In this document: in pieces, positions 18,060 to 27,095 of the stretch | Position numbering within the stretch: position 1 is the first letter of the stretch | Layout: the number at the start of each line of letters is the position of its first letter | Notes under the pieces: generated by a model | What the model saw: only the letters and a program-made list of their open reading frames with translations | What the model was told of the DNA's origin: nothing | The model's database searches: none | Virus record (IMG/VR): IMGVR_UViG_3300047564_005433 | Coordinates: 9,392 to 73,391 of that record | DNA length: 64,000 nucleotides | Source: a virus | Strand: one strand, 5' to 3' | Translations under genes and position numbers: made by a program

Positions 18060-18594
18060 AATTGTCAATCCCCGACCTTGGGCAGTGCCATTCCCGCGTG
18101 CATTCAATGCCGGAGAAGGCACTCTTTACGAACGCTTTTCTTCGTATGTTTACAGGAAGAAAGACCATGAATGCTGGCCTTGGGTGGGCGCCATCACCCA
18201 TGCGACTGGATACGGGCAAATTACTGAATGGCGAGACAACAAGCGCGTAAGTCGGAGGGCACATCGCTTGGCATGGGAATTTTGCTTTGGCCCAATACCA
18301 GGCGAACTACTTGTTCGGCACATGTGTCACAATCGAGCCTGCTGCAATCCAACACATCTTCTTCTCGGTACAGCTAAAGATAATTTCGATGACAAAATCA
18401 GGGCAAAACGCGAAGGTAATTCGGTGATGCTTAAAGGCGAAGACAATGTAAACTCTAAGCTTACGGAGGCAGAGGTAATGGAGATTCGGGCGACCAACGG
18501 CAAAACAGTTCGCCAAATGGCGAAAGAATATGGTGTAAGCAAAACTTTGATTAGCGCAGTTCGCTGCAATAAGGCTTGGAAATCCTTCATCTAA
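18043..18594 (+). CDS. HNH homing-type endonuclease with C-terminal HTH
   Basis: ECW.W.G....GYG, AHRLAW, VRH.C.N..CCNP.HL..GT..DN. Confidence 0.85.
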   Translation: MAAPSKIVNPRPWAVPFPRAFNAGEGTLYERFSSYVYRKKDHECWPWVGAITHATGYGQITEWRDNKRVSRRAHRLAWEFCFGPIPGELLVRHMCHNRACCNPTHLLLGTAKDNFDDKIRAKREGNSVMLKGEDNVNSKLTEAEVMEIRATNGKTVRQMAKEYGVSKTLISAVRCNKAWKSFI

Positions 18595-18611
18595 CTAAAA
18601 CCATTTTAATT

Positions 18612-18959
18612 ATGACTGACGCTGTGAATCATCCCCGTCATTACGCTAAAAATGGCGGCATTGAATGTATTGAGGCCATTGAAGCTTCAATGGACAAAGA
18701 CGATTTCCGTGGCTTCCTCAAAGGGAACATTCAAAAATATGTTTGGCGTTATGAAGAAAAAAATGGCCTAGAAGATTTGAAGAAGGCCAGTTGGTATCTT
18801 GATCTTCTCATCTTCAATATAGAAAGCGAGCCGCAACAAGAAGCCGTTGAAGCCCTTGAGAATGCTTCTATGGAATGCAAAGATGGATTCTGTCCAATGC
18901 CTGGAATTCGCTATGACCTTCCTGGAAAGCAAATCACTTTTGCCCCAGTAGAAGGCTAA
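18612..18959 (+). CDS. DUF3310 family protein
   Basis: D.VNHP.HY...GIECIEAI...GF.KGN..KY.WR...KNG.EDL.KA.WYL. Confidence 0.85.
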   Translation: MTDAVNHPRHYAKNGGIECIEAIEASMDKDDFRGFLKGNIQKYVWRYEEKNGLEDLKKASWYLDLLIFNIESEPQQEAVEALENASMECKDGFCPMPGIRYDLPGKQITFAPVEG

Positions 18960-19438
18960 GCAGCACTACAACAAAGCCCCCACAAGGGGGCTTTTTCATG
19001 CTCAATTTTTTGGTGCATCGGCAGGACAATCCCTTTCTTTTCGCACCACTCCTCAAGATGCTTTTGGTCAGTGTGAGCGCTAACAAAGCTATTGCAATAC
19101 ACCCACGCCATCACAATTTCCTCTCGTTGCTCCGTCCAAAAAGGTTGCACTCGCCACCATTCAAGCATCGGCAAGTCTCCCTTCTTGAGATTACAGCTCT
19201 TACATGCCGGAAGCATGTTCCAGCGCGAGAAGTGTGGGCCGCCTTTGCTCTTGGGAACAATGTGATCAATCGTAAGCTTTTCTCCCCATTCTCCGCAATA
19301 AGCGCAAGCGCATTGCCCAAATGGTCCCCTCAAAAAATAGTCTTCAAAAATACTCTTACGGAATCTACGTTTTGCATCACCAGGGCGAAGTTCAATGAGA
19401 GAATAAAGCAGCTCATCAGGACCATTCGCTCTAAGCAT
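18956..19438 (-). CDS. HNH endonuclease
   Basis: CAYCG...[13 protein letters not shown]....N..PAC..CN..K. Confidence 0.85.
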   Translation of the reverse strand: MLRANGPDELLYSLIELRPGDAKRRFRKSIFEDYFLRGPFGQCACAYCGEWGEKLTIDHIVPKSKGGPHFSRWNMLPACKSCNLKKGDLPMLEWWRVQPFWTEQREEIVMAWVYCNSFVSAHTDQKHLEEWCEKKGIVLPMHQKIEHEKAPLWGLCCSAA

Positions 19439-19515
19439 GGCACTATTTAGTTGTCTTGCCCATAGTTTAACGCTAAATAATGCCCCATGAATTTCGTCTA
19501 GAATTAGAGCATTGA

Positions 19516-19734
19516 TTGTCGGCTATGGACAGTTTCAAGGACGGCCTTGCAAATTTCGTAGCCACCATCACGGCTGGCATGTTGCTTTCAACGGGCGCCA
19601 TGCTTATAGCCGTAGGCACTCAACAAGCAAGAGTGGCAGTACAAATTGAAACCGTCACAGAGAAGCTTTCTACGCTCACAGACAAGATGAGCGAAATGGA
19701 AGCAAGAGTACGAAACCTAGAGATTGAACGCTAG
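19516..19734 (+). CDS. Membrane-anchored coiled-coil protein (lysis region)
   Basis: TM helix followed by a coiled coil. Confidence 0.5.
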   Translation: MSAMDSFKDGLANFVATITAGMLLSTGAMLIAVGTQQARVAVQIETVTEKLSTLTDKMSEMEARVRNLEIER

Positions 19735-19764
19735 GCTATTTATATTCCCGTTGCATCTCTCGTC

Positions 19765-19908
19765 ATGAGCGGCATTGAATGGTTCGTGATTGGTGGCATC
19801 ATTGTTGCTGCTGTTGACCAAATCATCGAACGCACTCCCTACAAGGAAAACAATATCATCCAGCTTCTGCTGACTGGCCTCAAAGCAGTCTTCCGCGTGA
19901 AGGGCTAA
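19765..19908 (+). CDS. Small holin-like protein
   Basis: MSGIEWFVIGGIIVAAVDQIIERTPYKENNIIQLLLTGLKAVFRVKG, directly upstream of the endolysin. Confidence 0.5.
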   Translation: MSGIEWFVIGGIIVAAVDQIIERTPYKENNIIQLLLTGLKAVFRVKG

Positions 19909-19912
19909 AGCC

Positions 19913-20857
19913 ATGTGGCCTTCAAATCGGGCTTTCTGGGACGAATGCTTCCAGACAGCCCGTAAATATGGTGCTCGCTATCCTGAGCTTGTGGCAGCAC
20001 AATGCTGCCTAGAGAGTGGCTTTGGTAAGCACACGTCTGGTAAGCATAACTACATCGGCGCCAAAGGCGAAGGCACTACTACCACCACTCAAGAATTTTA
20101 CGATGGTCAGTGGGTGACTATCAAAGCTGGTTTTATTGATTTTCCTAGCCTTGCTGCTTGCATTGAATACTTAGTTACGCGCTGGTATAAAGACTATCGT
20201 CAATTCAAGGGCATTAATCATGCTCCCAATCGTTACGCTGCGGCACGAATGCTCAAGGAGCAAAGCTATGCCACTGATCCGGCGTATCCAGCAAAATTGT
20301 CTAAGCTCATGAAGGAATATGCTCCTGAGAGCACTGCTGTTACTATGATCGGCCCCAAGAAACGTCCGCAAGATTTTGGCTTCAAGAAAGGCGATTCGCA
20401 TTTGATTGTGAATGATGCCGTTGAGACCATGAAAGCTTTCTCTTTTGAAGGGAAGCTTCTATGGGAAATCCCTTGTCTTGCTCGCGGACAATACAGTGAT
20501 TTTGAATGGAAGATTAAAAATTCTGACTGTCCTCCTGGTCTGTACAAGATCGGCGCCATCTACAAAGACTACGAGCGAGTGGGTGATAAGCCTGCCTATG
20601 ATCGTACGCTCATGGCTTACGGCTGGTATAGCTTTGACATGGTGGAACTAGAGAATCAGGAAGCTAAATATGGCCGTGCAGGAATTATGGTCCACGGTGG
20701 ATCCAGCGCCCTTGGATGGCCTGGAGCTTGGGCGCCAAACCAAGCGCTTATGCCAACTCACGGCTGTTGTCGCTGTAAAAATATTGATCTTCGCGATAAA
20801 ATTTTGCCTCTCACTAAAACTGGCACAGTATATATTTCAGTTTTTCAGGAAGGCTGA
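19913..20857 (+). CDS. Endolysin: GH73 glucosaminidase + L,D-transpeptidase-like domain
   Basis: AAQ..LESG.G...HNY.G.K and YATDP.Y; C-terminal HGG...PTHGCCR. Confidence 0.8.
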   Translation: MWPSNRAFWDECFQTARKYGARYPELVAAQCCLESGFGKHTSGKHNYIGAKGEGTTTTTQEFYDGQWVTIKAGFIDFPSLAACIEYLVTRWYKDYRQFKGINHAPNRYAAARMLKEQSYATDPAYPAKLSKLMKEYAPESTAVTMIGPKKRPQDFGFKKGDSHLIVNDAVETMKAFSFEGKLLWEIPCLARGQYSDFEWKIKNSDCPPGLYKIGAIYKDYERVGDKPAYDRTLMAYGWYSFDMVELENQEAKYGRAGIMVHGGSSALGWPGAWAPNQALMPTHGCCRCKNIDLRDKILPLTKTGTVYISVFQEG

Positions 20858-21261
20858 TGAATTGGCAGTCTTGGTTTAATGCTCTTTGCTACGAACTAGG
20901 CTTATGGGCCGCCTCAAAGCGGCCTTCTCTTGCTCTTCAGCCATGGTTCAAGCAATTAATGGCTTGGTGCAGGCCTGACTGGGCAGAGTGGAAAACCAAA
21001 GGCGTCATGCAGAAAGTTGACCAGCAAGCAAAAACGCTGGTTAAACAATGGGAAGAAGAGGAACGAGAATCAAAAGCAAATGCCCTTGCATGGGAAGCCC
21101 ACAAGCTTTTTCCTGGTGCCATCGTCACGCCCCTTCCAGATGCCATTGTTCCATCAGTGCTCATTGAAACAGCCCCACCAGCGAACGCTAGTGAGGCCGT
21201 GAAAGCCCTTGGCGGTGAGCTAAGAATCACCTATCGCTTGCCAGACCAAGGAGAGTCCTGA
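20857..21261 (+). CDS. Hypothetical protein
   Basis: ORF coupled to the endolysin stop. Confidence 0.6.
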   Translation: MNWQSWFNALCYELGLWAASKRPSLALQPWFKQLMAWCRPDWAEWKTKGVMQKVDQQAKTLVKQWEEEERESKANALAWEAHKLFPGAIVTPLPDAIVPSVLIETAPPANASEAVKALGGELRITYRLPDQGES

Positions 21262-21451
21262 GGCGCTTCCATTTAGCAAGCTCCTTCTCGTGATAATCCT
21301 CCCACGAAGCGATGGTTTCGCTAAGAGCCTTGCAGGCCATAGCCGGATCATCGTCCGTTAGCAGCTCTGCAAGAATGTCGGAGAGACCCTCGGTCTGCTG
21401 CTTGTACCATTCGCCCTCTGCAACAAAAGGAAAGGCCATGGGAAGGGGCAT
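21227..21451 (-). CDS. Hypothetical protein
   Basis: ORF downstream of the structural gene. Confidence 0.5.
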   Translation of the reverse strand: MPLPMAFPFVAEGEWYKQQTEGLSDILAELLTDDDPAMACKALSETIASWEDYHEKELAKWKRLRTLLGLASDR

Positions 21452-21465
21452 ATTGCCCCCATAGC

Positions 21466-22689
21466 TTAAGTGATTTCCACCCAGCCGATCATGCCAAGTG
21501 CTTTAGCGCTGACTGCACTATCGACGGTCAAGATGAGAGTGTCGCTTTCGCCAGAAGCATTTTGCCCTAGGGCAAGACGAATGGCCACTGCAATGTCGTA
21601 ATTATTCGCACTGCCTTGACTGACAAAACCTGCGTCAACCACTGTGCCGCCTGTGGCAGTACCACTAGTTGTCACTTCCACATTGCCCCTTTGATTGTCC
21701 GCAGCACTCCAAGTGACGTCACTCAGTGTTGGATTTAAACGCAAACGCCACAACACCACATCACTAGAAGCAGTGGCAGTAGAAATTCTTACGGGGAGAA
21801 TAACATTACCAGTGCGACCACTTGCCATGCGAATACCAGCGGTGATGCGCTCCCCAGATGTATTTGGAACAGTGCTTAAATCGTGATTCACTGAATACAC
21901 GGCGCCATCTGGCTCATATCCCCCCTCGCTAAGAATGCTGCTACAAATTTGCTTCATGGTGCGTCCTGAAGCTTGAGCGGAAGCATTGTGAATGCGATAG
22001 GACAATGGCAAAATAGCCGTTGTCATATATGCGCTAGTCAGTGTGTTGTAGTGATTGAATTCATGGCAATAAATGATCTCGCCGTTAATTACAAAGCCAG
22101 TCCTCACTCGCCCCACGCCAAGCCATTCAAGATCGGCAGTGAAAATCTGAGCTTTAGAGAAGTCGAGCGAATCAAGAGTGTTAATGTTCCACGCTGATTG
22201 ATCAACTACGTTTTCAACAACTGCGCCAGACGTGAAGCTTCTGATGACCATTTGCAACGTAGTACCACTTGCCCTAATCATCACTCCATTCTGGTCATCA
22301 AAGAAGCCCACTTCTTGAATGAGACCTGCTGTTGGAGTGGTGCCAGCGAAGCTTTGCATGATCATCATGCTTTTTCCTGGTTGGTACGGGAAGTATTGCT
22401 TAGTTCTACGCAGCACTGTATCGCCAGACGCAGTGGTGGTCGTCAAAGCAGTGCTGCTTTCGTTTGTTAAATACGTGACCACGCCTCCATTGGACACGCG
22501 ATCAAACCATTGGTCAGCACGCTTGTTGTAACGCATCGTGCTATCAAAAAGCGTATAGGGAGCGCTCGTGCGAGCACGCCCAAAAGCATCAACTGCTCCA
22601 CTATCAGGGCCTGTCTTTAAAATCTGCCCGCGATAATCAGATTGAATGTGAGTTTCAAACTGTTCGCCCCCAGCAATTATTTGTCCCAT
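21466..22689 (-). CDS. Probable virion structural protein (beta-rich)
   Basis: DAFGR.R.S.P.TLFDS, YQPGKS and EWLGVG.VR.GF motifs recalled from cyanophage structural proteins. Confidence 0.6.
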   Translation of the reverse strand: MGQIIAGGEQFETHIQSDYRGQILKTGPDSGAVDAFGRARTSAPYTLFDSTMRYNKRADQWFDRVSNGGVVTYLTNESSTALTTTTASGDTVLRRTKQYFPYQPGKSMMIMQSFAGTTPTAGLIQEVGFFDDQNGVMIRASGTTLQMVIRSFTSGAVVENVVDQSAWNINTLDSLDFSKAQIFTADLEWLGVGRVRTGFVINGEIIYCHEFNHYNTLTSAYMTTAILPLSYRIHNASAQASGRTMKQICSSILSEGGYEPDGAVYSVNHDLSTVPNTSGERITAGIRMASGRTGNVILPVRISTATASSDVVLWRLRLNPTLSDVTWSAADNQRGNVEVTTSGTATGGTVVDAGFVSQGSANNYDIAVAIRLALGQNASGESDTLILTVDSAVSAKALGMIGWVEIT

Positions 22690-22749
22690 GGAAAAGAATG
22701 CTTTCTTTCATTGTACTAGCAAAAGAAAAGAGGCCTTTCGGCCTCTTGA

Positions 22750-22881
22750 TTATTTGCCTTGTCCTCGCGGAAGCTTTCGACCGTGCGAAGCTTTACTATT
22801 TGCTCCATTGCCTTGGCGCGTGCGCTTGCTTTTATTTGGCTGATGAAGCTTTTGCCCGTTAATGGTTTTGCTTGATGCCAT
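22750..22881 (-). CDS. Small basic peptide (RTRQG...RGQGK)
   Basis: MASSKTINGQKLHQPNKSKRTRQGNGANSKASHGRKLPRGQGK. Confidence 0.55.
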   Translation of the reverse strand: MASSKTINGQKLHQPNKSKRTRQGNGANSKASHGRKLPRGQGK

Positions 22882-23192
22882 CAGGACCAGGGCACTCCAG
22901 TGCCATTAGTGGGAGTGCGCTGTTGAGAAATTTGCTCTGCGAGAGCGGCTTCAATTTCAGCCACTTTTTCGTCGCCAAACTTTTCCTTCACCCAACCAGT
23001 AACGATGTCCGGCGTAAGTTGCGCATAAGGAATTTCATCATCTTCGTCGGGAGCTTCAAGCCCAAGACTGCCATACGCCGAACTGGCATATGTGCCGTCA
23101 TCAGCAGAAATTGTATAATGAACCGTGTAGACGATTCCATCAGCAAGGTGGCGCTCAAGATTGGCGACGCCCCATTGGTAAGTGATTGCCAT
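22881..23192 (-). CDS. Tail-fibre-associated protein
   Basis: W.V.NLER...DG.V.TVHY, IPY..LT...V.GWVK, GVPW. Confidence 0.6.
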   Translation of the reverse strand: MAITYQWGVANLERHLADGIVYTVHYTISADDGTYASSAYGSLGLEAPDEDDEIPYAQLTPDIVTGWVKEKFGDEKVAEIEAALAEQISQQRTPTNGTGVPWS

Positions 23193-23258
23193 GATTAAAA
23201 AGAATGGTCTTTGTTAGTTTAACAATGGAAAAGAAGGCGGCTTCTTCGGGAAACCGCC

Positions 23259-24113
23259 TCAAAGCACTGGCATCTCGTATTCCTGCGTGCTATTGCAATA
23301 GTGCTTGAAAATCACTTCGCTTGTATTGCCTGCCCAGTTGGCCACTTGTGGCACGGGAATGCCAGCTTCAATCCAGCGGCTAATAGCAGTGTGGCGACAA
23401 TCATACGGCCTATAAACATGGGAAATTAGCCCTGCTTCATGCAGAGGCGAAAGCTTTTTCCTGAAATAGCTCTGAAAGGCAAGCCGATTCCATGGAAAAA
23501 TAAATTCGTTTTCGCGAGGAAGCTCAGCAAGGATTTCTTGGCAACGAGCATTGATAGGCACCCAACGGCGCTTGTTGGTTTTCGTGCTGTTCTTTAAACC
23601 ATGAGTGAGTGTATAGTTTTGGTGTACCAAAAGCTTATTTTCCTTAATATCGTCCCACTTGGCTGCCCTCACTTCTCCAGTGCGCATTGCAGTTTGCAAC
23701 ATAAATTCCGTGTACCAAGACCAATTAACATCGCGATAAGTTAGCTTCGCTTCTAATGCGGCAAGGACTAGGCCAGTTTCATTTCGAGGGATGACAACGA
23801 TTTCCTCCTCGCGTTGAGGAGCCTTTGGCATTTTGAAGCTTGCCAATGGATTGCGAGCAACGATTGCCACGTCTTCTTGCGCCGCCCATTTGTACATAGT
23901 CTTGATGTACATAGCAACGCGCCTTGAAGTGAGCACTGGCTTCTCTCCTAAAGCCCAAATCATTAATTTTCGTGCCTCGTTAATGTCTTGAATGGGGCAG
24001 CGAGCAAGCCATTTACCCACCTGCTTGTAGTCTGAAGTGAGACTGGTTGGACATAAAGAAATGGAGCGCTCTTCGACGAAGGCGCTCCAGAGGCTTGAGA
24101 CAGTGGTGGTCAT
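23259..24113 (-). CDS. Tyrosine recombinase/integrase
   Basis: TAMRTGE (R), TKT (K), YDCRHT (H-x-x-R variant), AGN, FKHY (catalytic Y). Confidence 0.9.
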   Translation of the reverse strand: MTTTVSSLWSAFVEERSISLCPTSLTSDYKQVGKWLARCPIQDINEARKLMIWALGEKPVLTSRRVAMYIKTMYKWAAQEDVAIVARNPLASFKMPKAPQREEEIVVIPRNETGLVLAALEAKLTYRDVNWSWYTEFMLQTAMRTGEVRAAKWDDIKENKLLVHQNYTLTHGLKNSTKTNKRRWVPINARCQEILAELPRENEFIFPWNRLAFQSYFRKKLSPLHEAGLISHVYRPYDCRHTAISRWIEAGIPVPQVANWAGNTSEVIFKHYCNSTQEYEMPVL

Positions 24114-24134
24114 GCTGGTCTTAAGAGGAGACTC

Positions 24135-24163
24135 AAGTTACCAGCTTTGCAAGGCCTTGTCAA
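24135..24163 (-). promoter_or_regulatory. Promoter of the recombinase gene
   Basis: TTGACA-N17-TAACTT. Confidence 0.5.
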
Positions 24164-24184
24164 GTCAAAGCCTTCTGGCTCTGG

Positions 24185-24448
24185 CTAAAGAATTGACAAG
24201 CCGCCCTTGTGATCCAGCCCCACTGTAAGAAAAACAGTGCGAGTCGTCTTAATGTCGCCCATGCTTTTCTTGAACTCTTCAGTTTCTTTTTCGGGATACT
24301 TTGGTTCGTACTGCATGGTTTCCGGGTTCAAACGATTGCACTCGGCATCACCAAGGTGGTAGGTGTTGAGTGCTGCTTGTGCTTCTTTGATCTGCTCAGA
24401 GTCAAGACAAAACGACACTGGCACCTTAAAGGTTGCAATTAAATTCAT
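24185..24448 (-). CDS. Hypothetical protein
   Basis: ORF between the tail fibre and recombinase genes. Confidence 0.55.
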   Translation of the reverse strand: MNLIATFKVPVSFCLDSEQIKEAQAALNTYHLGDAECNRLNPETMQYEPKYPEKETEEFKKSMGDIKTTRTVFLTVGLDHKGGLSIL

Positions 24449-24575
24449 GGTTACTAGAGCAAGTGTCTTGCCACCTATAATAAGGTTTCACCCAGTGGCG
24501 TTACGATGCCGCTGCGCCCTCAGGCTTAGGTCTGGGGGCAATTTAATGCCTTGCCAGACCCAGAGGAGAAGGGGA

Positions 24576-27023
24576 CTAGGCGCTTTCGAAAACAGCAACT
24601 TTGGCCTGCAGCTCAGCAATCATTGCTTGCTGCTCCTGAATCGCCTTGATGCACAGCGACACCATGTTTCCGTAGGCAAGGGCATCTGGCGTACCATCAT
24701 CCGCGTATTGGACAAACTCTTGCAAGCCAGCGGCATCCACTTCTTCAGCAATCAAGCCACCATAAACAGTATTGCCGTCAGATGCCGATTTTCCCTGATA
24801 TGTAACTGCCCTCAACGCCATCAGCTCTTGTAGGCCGTATGGTGCGTCTTGAACGTTCTTCTTGTACTTCAAGGATGAAGTGCTTCTTTGAAGCTCACCT
24901 CCTGATGTGACAAATAAGTTTGCCGCGCTAGCGGTTGTGTTGTTATAGGGAGAAAGTGTATCAGTTCCAGTCAGTATTACGCCATCGTTTCGGATAGTGA
25001 AGTGGACAATGTCACCGCTTTCTGTAACCTCAAGAGAGTAAGCGCTTGAATCAGACGTCGAACCTTTAATCGTTGTTTTGCCGTTACTCGCAATCCTCAT
25101 CCGCTCCGTCGGAGAACTCGCCCCATCCGCAGTAGTGGAGAACACTAATCTGCCTGGCATGTCGTTAGCGCCAGGGGTGCCGTCTACTTGGCATTGAATC
25201 ACCGCAGCTTGCTTAAATCCTGTTCCATCGTTTCCTTCAATGGAAATATCCATCAATAAATCGTTATTACTGACGATGGTATTGCCACCGACAGAAGCAT
25301 TTCTGCTCTTTTGAAAAACCAGGCCCGCGCCAGAAGTTGAATCAACAAAAGTAGCAAAATGTCCGACGCCATACGAACCGGCTACCTGCAAGTTTGCCAA
25401 ATTGGACCAGTAGGGGCCGCTAAGCGCACTAGACGTACCAACCAAGAGCTGCCCCGAGTTTGAGATTCGGACTTTCTCGCTTGAATTGTTTGTGTACCAG
25501 ATGTGTTCGCCTACATATCCTTGCGTCGCCGATCCAGTGATCTTGTATGCGTTTTGACCCGTATTAAAGGCGTCACTTCCTCTTGCTACTCCAAAGTCTC
25601 CATTGATAGAACTTACACTCCAGTTTTTGTAGTCCGTTGCAGCGTTCGTATCGGTAAGCCACAACAGACCGCCGTTGTTTGGAAAAGCATTTGCAGATGA
25701 ACCTGCAAGCCGCAATACGCCTCTAGCGTCAGTAGTGCCAATCCCTACGTTGCCTGCGGAGTTGATTACCAACAAAGGTGTTGTGAACGTTGTCCCCCCT
25801 ACAGCGGTAGATGGCGTGATCTCAAGTGCATTATCTACATTTTGTTGAGCGCCTATTTTCCAGTTATATTTTGTGCCTGTTCCATAAAAGATAGCCGCAC
25901 CAGTATCGCCAGCATCATTTGATCCAATACTTACAACTGTTGCGCCGCCAGCAACGTGTAACTTTGAGCCAGGCGAACTAGTCCCCACGCCTACGAACCC
26001 TGCCGAGGTGATGCGCAGGCGTTCGGCGACTGTGCCCGCACCCGTGCGTGTCCGGAAATAAATAAAATCGCTGTTGAGTTCAAGAGGCGCGTAATCGCCT
26101 TGGTCGTTATTAAGAGCCGAGACAATTCCGCCACCTCCTGCACTTCTGGCTGTTACCGCAAGACAGTCACCGCCCGAAGAAGCTTTAACGGCAAATAGAT
26201 TAGCCGTTGGGCTACCTTGAACTTCAAAAGCATTGATAGGGTTTGCGGCAGCCACACCCACTCGCCCATTCGCATCCACAAACAACCTGCCAGACCCACC
26301 AGTGCTGATGGCTACTTGGTCTGCACCGGGGGAGTAGATGCCGGTGTTGGTGTCGCCAGTGAATGCAATGGAAGGTGCAGCAGCACTACCACCTGCAGCG
26401 CTAAAAATGCCAGTGGTTTGAACTGTCTGGCTGCCGAAATCAGGACTAATCTTGGTGCCAGCAATGGCGGCGCTTGAATTAATATCTGCGTTGACGATGG
26501 TATCATTTCTAATCATCGTACTGGTCACTGTTTCACTATCACCAGTAGTGACAACGGTGCCGCTTACATTTGGCAAAGTAATAGTACGATCCGCTGTGGG
26601 ATTGACAACAGTCAAAGTGGTCTCAAAACCATCATCTACACTGCCTTCAAAAATAAGATCGGCAGAAGGCCCCATGGTCAAGGAGCCAGTCATGGTGTCG
26701 CCAGTAGAATTTACAAATTCACCAGCTTCACTGCGCCATGCAGCGCCGTCCCAAATCTTGAAGACATAAGTGCCGCCACTGGTATCAAGCCATTGCTCGC
26801 CAAGGCTATTACCAGCAGTGCCACCACTTGCAGGGCTAACATTAGGAGCCGTTGCTCCCACATGCACAGGCCCCACTTTTACTAGACTTCCATTGCTGTC
26901 CTTGAAAAACATTCCAGGACTACCACTTGCATAGTTAATGGCAACTTGCCCATCAACCATGGAAGCAGGATTAGGACGCTTGTTAAGCGTCGATGAACGC
27001 AGATGCTGAAGAACACCAGCCAT
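24576..27023 (-). CDS. Tail fibre with C-terminal S74-type intramolecular chaperone
   Basis: Repeated ER.RI...G.VG.GT modules; TSSLKYK.NV...GLIAEEV...L.Y..MV...IKAIQE coiled coil. Confidence 0.85.
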   Translation of the reverse strand: MAGVLQHLRSSTLNKRPNPASMVDGQVAINYASGSPGMFFKDSNGSLVKVGPVHVGATAPNVSPASGGTAGNSLGEQWLDTSGGTYVFKIWDGAAWRSEAGEFVNSTGDTMTGSLTMGPSADLIFEGSVDDGFETTLTVVNPTADRTITLPNVSGTVVTTGDSETVTSTMIRNDTIVNADINSSAAIAGTKISPDFGSQTVQTTGIFSAAGGSAAAPSIAFTGDTNTGIYSPGADQVAISTGGSGRLFVDANGRVGVAAANPINAFEVQGSPTANLFAVKASSGGDCLAVTARSAGGGGIVSALNNDQGDYAPLELNSDFIYFRTRTGAGTVAERLRITSAGFVGVGTSSPGSKLHVAGGATVVSIGSNDAGDTGAAIFYGTGTKYNWKIGAQQNVDNALEITPSTAVGGTTFTTPLLVINSAGNVGIGTTDARGVLRLAGSSANAFPNNGGLLWLTDTNAATDYKNWSVSSINGDFGVARGSDAFNTGQNAYKITGSATQGYVGEHIWYTNNSSEKVRISNSGQLLVGTSSALSGPYWSNLANLQVAGSYGVGHFATFVDSTSGAGLVFQKSRNASVGGNTIVSNNDLLMDISIEGNDGTGFKQAAVIQCQVDGTPGANDMPGRLVFSTTADGASSPTERMRIASNGKTTIKGSTSDSSAYSLEVTESGDIVHFTIRNDGVILTGTDTLSPYNNTTASAANLFVTSGGELQRSTSSLKYKKNVQDAPYGLQELMALRAVTYQGKSASDGNTVYGGLIAEEVDAAGLQEFVQYADDGTPDALAYGNMVSLCIKAIQEQQAMIAELQAKVAVFESA

Positions 27024-27095
27024 GATTAAAGCCTTTCGGAATTACAGGAGACTAATTAGTCTTTTGCAATTCTAAAAGGCTTTCTTTTCTAGTGA

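Noticed and set aside
18043-18594. Intron-associated HNH in thyX
   Set aside because: thyX appears intact and the HNH is free-standing, overlapping only the thyX 3' end; no intron structure or flanking duplication was seen
24576-27023. Diversity-generating retroelement targeting the tail fibre
   Set aside because: No reverse transcriptase and no TR/VR repeat pair were seen in the window
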